DNA of 64,000 nt, taken from contig CAJINV010000004.1 in assembly GCA_905178155.1 (NCBI GenBank), forward strand, positions 4,133,555 through 4,197,554, in the 5' to 3' direction. The notes below the pieces were generated by a model. It had not been told where the DNA came from. It was given only the letters and a program-made list of their open reading frames with translations, and did not search any database. The DNA comes from Amoebophrya sp. A120. Taxonomy: Eukaryota; Protista; Dinoflagellata. Position 1 is the first letter of the stretch, and each line of letters starts with the position of its first letter. Both the position numbers and the translations under genes were made by a program. Positions 59,401 through 64,000 of the stretch are shown here, in pieces.

Positions 59401-61171
59401 CCCTTATTGCCTTGTAATAATTTTCAGACCAGGGGACCTAAGGCCCACCCAGCTGGGTGGGTCGAAGGTCCCCTGAGGACCTAAGCGGACATTTTGTGAC
59501 CCTCTTCTTATTTCATAGTTGGTATGACTAGCAGTCACTCGCCCGCCCGAAGAAGCGAACACATAACTGATTTTCAGGGTTTGGTCTGTGGCAAAGTTTC
59601 CAAAAGAAAACTTTTTCGGTTTGCATGTAAGGACGAGGACTCTGGCTAGTCTCGGTTCTAGGTACTTCAAAAAGCGCCGATCTCTACTCGCGCGGCATCA
59701 AGTCCCGCTTTTGCTAGATGGTGAAAGAATAGGTCGTTTCAACGCGACTCAAAGCTTGCTATTCATCTGCGCCGAAAATTATCTGGCCGCGTGTTTCTGG
59801 CAACATATGCAGCACGTAGAGGGGTGCTTGTACTAATTTCGAGAAGCCCCTTCGCAACAGAAAGCGCGCTTCCAAATTTATCTGGGGCAGTACTTCTAGG
59901 GGCACTCGCACTTGTTTTCAGTACAATAGCAAATGCGGCACCGTTATTCGCGGGGGTCCCGTAGGAATTGGAATTGCAAAAATATCGTACTCGTATCTAT
60001 AAATGCATTTACAAATTTCCTCAGGCTCAGCATGAGAGAAAAACTTGCAATGCTGATTCACCTTAAGAAAAAGATTTGTAATACATGACTGCAATAGCAA
60101 TACGACTGCGATACTTTTGCACAGGATATCCCGAGCCCGACACAGCCAACAAATCACGGGGCTCCTCCTGCAGCGGGTGCGCCGCCTACGCCGCAAACCG
60201 GCTCACAAGTCGAAACCGAGTATCCTGAGCAAAAGTATCGTACTCGTATTGCAATCATGCATTGCAAATTTTTCTCTTGAGGTAAATCCGCATTACAAAT
60301 TTTATTTCTCAACATGCTGAGGAAATTTGTATGTAGTGAGGTCACCGAACGGTTCTAACCGGGGAGTTTTTTTGCCATCTACCCTGAAAAACGGCCGGCA
60401 GTTTTCAAGCGGCCTGAAGGCTTTTTTTACATAAAAAATTTCCAATTATCAAGCGGCCGGGGCTTTGTTGTCAAAAAAGCCCGAGCCAATTCTATCGATT
60501 CGCGCTTGATAAAACGACGAAGGGGAGCCGGCAAAAGGGGCGCCCTTCTGAGGCGCCCACCGCCTTGGTTTCTGGCGATTTTAGGCGCCCAAAAAAGGGC
60601 GCGCAAAAAACGCGCCCAAAATCAGAACAGCGAAACAGCATGGCACGCCCCCGATTTCGGAGCATTTTGGGCGGCCGCGAAAGTGGCCGCCTTTTCGCCG
60701 GCTTCAGAGCCTGGGAAGCTTTGCAAAAAGCGCCGGCGTGAAAAATAAAAACGCGAAAAAGAAAAAGCGCCCCAGACGCGCAAAGCCAATCCGCATGCTA
60801 TGGGCCCGATTTTTCTTCGCTTTTTGGGCGCCCCCCGTGGCACCCGGATCGGCGCCATAGCATGGGGGCTGGGCTTCGAAAAGGAATTTCGGAGATTTGC
60901 CAAAATTTGCAACGTTTCTCGAGCGGCCGCCATACCGCGCGGCATAACGCTACTCACGGCGGTATGGCGAACCCAGAAAAAGCAAAGCCGCGGCCAAGGC
61001 GGCGGCCGGCAAGAAAACGCCCACGACCTCACTACCTCCGCCCCGGCGGCTATATTTGGCACTAGTATAATGCATTTATACGAGTGCGATACTTTTGCAT
61101 TGCATACCGAGCCAACCGATCCGGTTCCGGCCGGCGCTTCGCACAAGGAGCTTCTCGGGCAGGAGGGCTAG
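50489..61171 (+). CDS. Large putative secreted/membrane protein of unknown function, 21 introner introns; 1249 aa
   Basis: Hydrophobic leader RLLLLLSLAFLLFF; a stop-free frame is obtained by removing 21 elements plus 5 nt each (3750 nt spliced); possible TM near 56000-56240 followed by KWKRNKKK. Confidence 0.8.
50806..50921. mobile_element. Introner family B (short)
   Basis: DR GTAGT/GTTGG; frame restored. Confidence 0.8.
51339..51613. mobile_element. Introner family A
   Basis: DR GAGGT, which permits a GT-AG reading. Confidence 0.88.
52821..52999. mobile_element. Introner family C
   Basis: Family C TIRs; DR GCGAT. Confidence 0.9.
53057..53304. mobile_element. Introner family F (inverse of 40421)
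   Basis: TATGGCGTTCTCAA / TTGAGAACGCCACA; DR GACCT. Confidence 0.88.
53423..53531. mobile_element. Introner family E-like (109 bp)
   Basis: TATTCCCTGAAAATTAACCATCCC TIR; DR TGGAG. Confidence 0.92.
53569..53713. mobile_element. Introner family B
   Basis: Family B TIRs; DR GGACC. Confidence 0.92.
53785..54049. mobile_element. Introner family A
   Basis: Family A TIRs; DR CACGA. Confidence 0.92.
54617..54862. mobile_element. Introner family A
   Basis: Family A TIRs; DR GAAGA. Confidence 0.92.
54897..54997. mobile_element. Decayed introner family E
   Basis: CCCATCCA / TGGATGGG core; DR GTTCG/CTTCG. Confidence 0.78.
55057..55210. mobile_element. Introner family B
   Basis: Family B TIRs; DR GCTAC. 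Confidence 0.9.
55270..55536. mobile_element. Introner family A (inverse of 54617)
   Basis: Family A TIRs; DR GGCCT. Confidence 0.92.
55616..55948. mobile_element. Introner family H
   Basis: TATGACGTGCTCAGACGTTACAAT / ATTGTAACGCTTGAGCAGGTCATA; DR CCGTC/CCTTC. Confidence 0.85.
56051..56216. mobile_element. Introner family C
   Basis: Family C TIRs; DR CGCTT. Confidence 0.9.
56279..56626. mobile_element. Decayed introner, also GT-AG intron 56278-56630
   Basis: TCCCCCTCCCCA / TGGGGAGGGGGA IR; DR ACGGG/ACAGG. Confidence 0.72.
56717..57016. mobile_element. Introner family H
   Basis: GTTACAATCTCAA / TTGAGATTGTAAC IR; DR GAGAA. Confidence 0.82.
57110..57413. mobile_element. Decayed introner family A
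   Basis: Family A TIRs with small insertions; DR imperfect; frame restored. Confidence 0.8.
57568..57873. mobile_element. Introner family D
   Basis: Family D TIRs; DR GTCGC. Confidence 0.9.
57919..58180. mobile_element. Introner family A
   Basis: Family A TIRs; DR GCATC; close relative of 45658. Confidence 0.93.
58278..59928. mobile_element. Decayed introner expanded to 1.65 kb by nested insertions
   Basis: Residual IR (TGAAACAAG, AGTGCCCCT, GATGAATTTG versus their complements); +5 removal restores frame; contains identical 69-bp direct repeats (58347-58415, 59508-59576) and an inner IR pair (58501-58546 / 59332-59377). Confidence 0.62.
59962..60128. mobile_element. Introner family B (TAG start)
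   Basis: Family B TIRs; DR TCCCG. Confidence 0.87.
60221..61106. mobile_element. Introner family B carrying a nested element
   Basis: Family B TIRs; DR CCGAG. Confidence 0.88.
60332..61065 (+). mobile_element. Non-autonomous Helitron2/Helentron-like element
   Basis: 11-bp asymmetric IR GTAGTGAGGTC (60333) / GACCTCACTAC (61025), then hairpin CCGCC-CC-GGCGG and terminal CTAG about 30 nt later. Confidence 0.6.
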
Positions 61172-61599
61172 GTAGTGGCTGGCGCACGCACGGGTTGTAT
61201 TTGTTGGAGCTTCATGTTTATGAGAAGGACAACCGAAAACTGCATGGAGATGAAGCTATTTAAAAGCAAAAACTGAAGATGCTACGACATACACACTCAA
61301 ACCGATTTAAAAGCAAGAACTGAAGAACAAGAAGTTTTAGTTTTAGTACAATGCGTCGATGTTGAGTTTGACTGAAATTGACTTTCACAATTTATATTTG
61401 TATGTCCTGCAAAATGATACTTGTTGTTGTTTTCAAAGGTAGACGAGGACCATGCTGTATCTTAACCCCGCCCCTCGTTTCTCGTAGCCGTGAAAACATT
61501 TTTTCTTGTAGATGTGGCAGTTCCACCAGTTCACCGTTGGAAAATAAAATGATTTCTGGTGGATAGTGCAGGTTCATCATCTCTCCAGGACCACTACAT

Positions 61600-63365
61600 T
61601 ATAAACAATTCCGGGCGTTAACAGTCGCGCGCCCAATTTTGCGAAACTTTTGCGACGTTTTTGCGAGATTTGCCGTTTTGGCCCAGATCGGTCGCGAGGA
61701 GTATTCCGCTGCAGCTGTGGGCGTTTTGGCAAAGCCCGGCCGCCTGCGGCCCTCGCCTGTTTTCGCTCCCTTGGAGCGGGGCAACGAGAAGGCTGACCCC
61801 GAGCGCGGCCCCGATCTCGAGCGGGCCGCGTTAGCAAGCAGACTGGGGCTGCCCACACATCTCCCCCGGGCCGCCCCTTCCCCTGTTCCAAAGAAATAGG
61901 CAGCAAAAGACGCGGGCCAGGCTTTGCCTCAGCCCCGGGGGCAGGGTGTTGTGGCCGCCGGCGATCCGCCTTGCCCCTGCCTAGCCGCATTCATTCTGTC
62001 TCCCTGCCAGCCAAAGCCACTAGGGCCCATAGGCAGGCTGGCAGGCTGGCGCCCTGTGCGGTCGCCCCGGGTACCGGCCAGGGGGCCGGCCAGGCAAGAC
62101 GGCGGCGGCTGCTGCCTTTGCAAGACTGCGCCTTCTTCGCGCCACATTCATTGGCTGCGCACAGGCTCGCTTCCTTGGGTGGCCCAGCGCGGCTGCAGGT
62201 GGTGTGCCACCTGGCCCGGGAGGGGGTGCGGGATATACTTTCCTTCGGCCGGCGGCCTTGTCGTGCGCAGAATGTCTTGCCGGCGGGGGGCTCTTTGAAA
62301 ACTTGGGGGCGAGGCGGGAAAACGGACAAAAGGGGCATCGGAATCTTGCGGCAGAAATTGCGCACAAAAAAATCGACTTTGTTGAAAGTGAGCAACTAAG
62401 CCTGTTCGCAAAAATCTCGCAAAAATTTGGCCCCCCTCTCGCAAAAATCTCGCAAAATTACTAAGCCTGTTTGACCATGAAAAATTGGAAATCAGGCGAA
62501 TCGATTTTCGTCATATGCAATTTTTAAGCCTGTTCGCAAAAATCTCGCAAAAATTTCGCAAAAATCTCGCAAAAATCCGGCATCCTTTTTTTGCAAATTT
62601 CGCAGAAATCTCGCAAAAATCTCGCAGAATTCCCGGGGAAGCGAAAAAACCCAAGAGGCCTGCCGCTTTTTGTGTGTTGTCCCGCTCCCAGCCTGGACCA
62701 GGGGGTGGCCATGGCCCGGGGCGCCGACCTTTGGCCCCGCGCGCGCGCGGCCCAGGCAGGGGGCGGGCCATGTGGGTGGCGCCGCCCGCCTAGGCACGGG
62801 CTCCGCGAGGTACCGGCGCCAAGGAAGGGCTCCGGGCCACGCACCCACTAAGTGGATTTATTTGTGGGGTGGTCCGGCGGGCTTCGCGTGGTCGCTGTGC
62901 TTGCAAGCGAGCCGGCGGCCGGGTGGCGCGGCTGCGTGCCAGCCAGCCGGGTTTTTTTTGTTTGGCGGCCCGCGGTGTTCTATTATGGAGCGCCCTCTCG
63001 GGGGCGCGCGCTGGCATGGGTTTGGCCGCACGCAGAGAACAACCCAACGACGGACACCCCAGGTCGGTGGCCCGCTTTGCCTTCGCCCCATTCCTCGCTC
63101 TATTGGGCCTTGGCGCGCCTTCTATGGAAAGGCGACCACGCCAGCGGGCTCAATTTTGAGCCCGGTGGTATGGTTGATCCCCCTTTGCCGGGCTTGCGCG
63201 CTTCGCCTCTTGCCCCGGGGTTTCGGCCTGCTCTTTGGGGCGTGTGTGTCTTGTTGTGCCGTGACTAGCGTGGCGCCAGCCGCAAAACTGCTAAACTCGC
63301 AAAAGCCTCGCAGAAATCTCGCAAAATTGGGCCCCGCTCCGTTAACGCAGATTTTGTTTGTAACT
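61600..63365. mobile_element. Non-autonomous TIR DNA element, GC-rich, with TCGCAAAAA repeats
   Basis: GCGTTAAC..GCCCAATTTTGCGA at left and TCGCAAAATTGGGC..GTTAACGC at right; internal AAATCTCGCA tandem clusters at 62400-62630; exact ends and TSD unresolved. Confidence 0.65.
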
Positions 63366-64000
63366 ACAGCTACAGGTGATGATCTACTTTCGATCTCGTC
63401 CAGGTGATGATGTACTAATTCGATCTTGGTTTGCGGTGGATTCTAGCCAGATACGATGACGAAAAGATGAAGAATGCATGAATTTCTGACAACTCGTCCT
63501 CGTGATTGTACTTGTAGTGGTTTTCAACGAAATATTAAAGGAACAAGTGCGACGAGCGGTGGATCGTCGTGACAACGCGTGATTTAAATAAAATCTCGGA
63601 ACAGCCAACAAGTTCTTGTACCGCCGTAGTTGCCTTATCGTTCGCAGCTTCAATCATCGGGTGGAGAAGTAGCAGAGTCGTTGGATTTATTTTAACTTGA
63701 TCTACTTCCAAAATGATCTTCGTGATGGTCGTGATAAAATTGAATCGGATTCATATCGTCGTGGATAGTGCAGGAACATGTTGCGTTTTTTTCTTCGGGA
63801 AATGATCTCTCGTCACTCGCTTGCTTGCATGCTAAGGGTGCACATCATGCAGCTTCCTCGTCGAGAAGAAACAAGGCTATCTTCAGCGTCGAATTGTTTA
63901 TTCGGTTGAGGATCGTGCTACTTTCGAAATACAATATGCCACCTCGTCGGGCGCTTTCTCGTAGTAAGTTCTAGAAGTGCTTACTTCTTTTTATGATTTG

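Noticed and set aside
60334-61064. CACTA transposon
   Set aside because: Ends read TAGTG...CACTA, the inverse of CACTA...TAGTG, and there is no 3-bp TSD.
62492-63407. ORFs within the terminal GC-rich element
   Set aside because: Low-information frames in repeat-rich DNA with no transposase motif.

Overview
Eukaryotic, gene-dense, GC-rich DNA. It is probably a parasitic alveolate of the Amoebophrya (Syndiniales) type; I infer this from the intron architecture, not from a database hit. The dominant signal is about 51 short DNA-transposon-like insertions (mostly 100-350 bp, at least 10 TIR families). They typically read TAT...ATA, carry terminal inverted repeats, are flanked by 5-bp direct repeats, and all sit inside + strand coding sequence. 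Removing each element plus exactly one 5-nt repeat copy joins the fragmented ORFs into six uninterrupted proteins: a single-domain voltage-gated cation channel (1180 aa), an N-acylated MGC protein (406 aa), two CAP/SCP proteins (705 and 800 aa, the second with TM and IQ motif), and two unknown proteins (976 and 1249 aa). Most junctions cannot be written as GT-AG, and copies occur in both orientations, so they behave as non-canonical introners. Introners with IR/DR ends are already reported for Amoebophrya; their excision mechanism is the open question. The window also holds the 3' part of the Aquarius helicase gene (canonical introns), a 2OG-Fe(II) oxygenase, a Merlin/ISXO2-like transposase gene with an upstream PolA-like remnant, a truncated RNase H-bearing LINE, elements nested inside introners, a GGTGG-rich satellite block with an assembly gap, and a TIR-bounded non-coding element. 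All coordinates were counted by hand.
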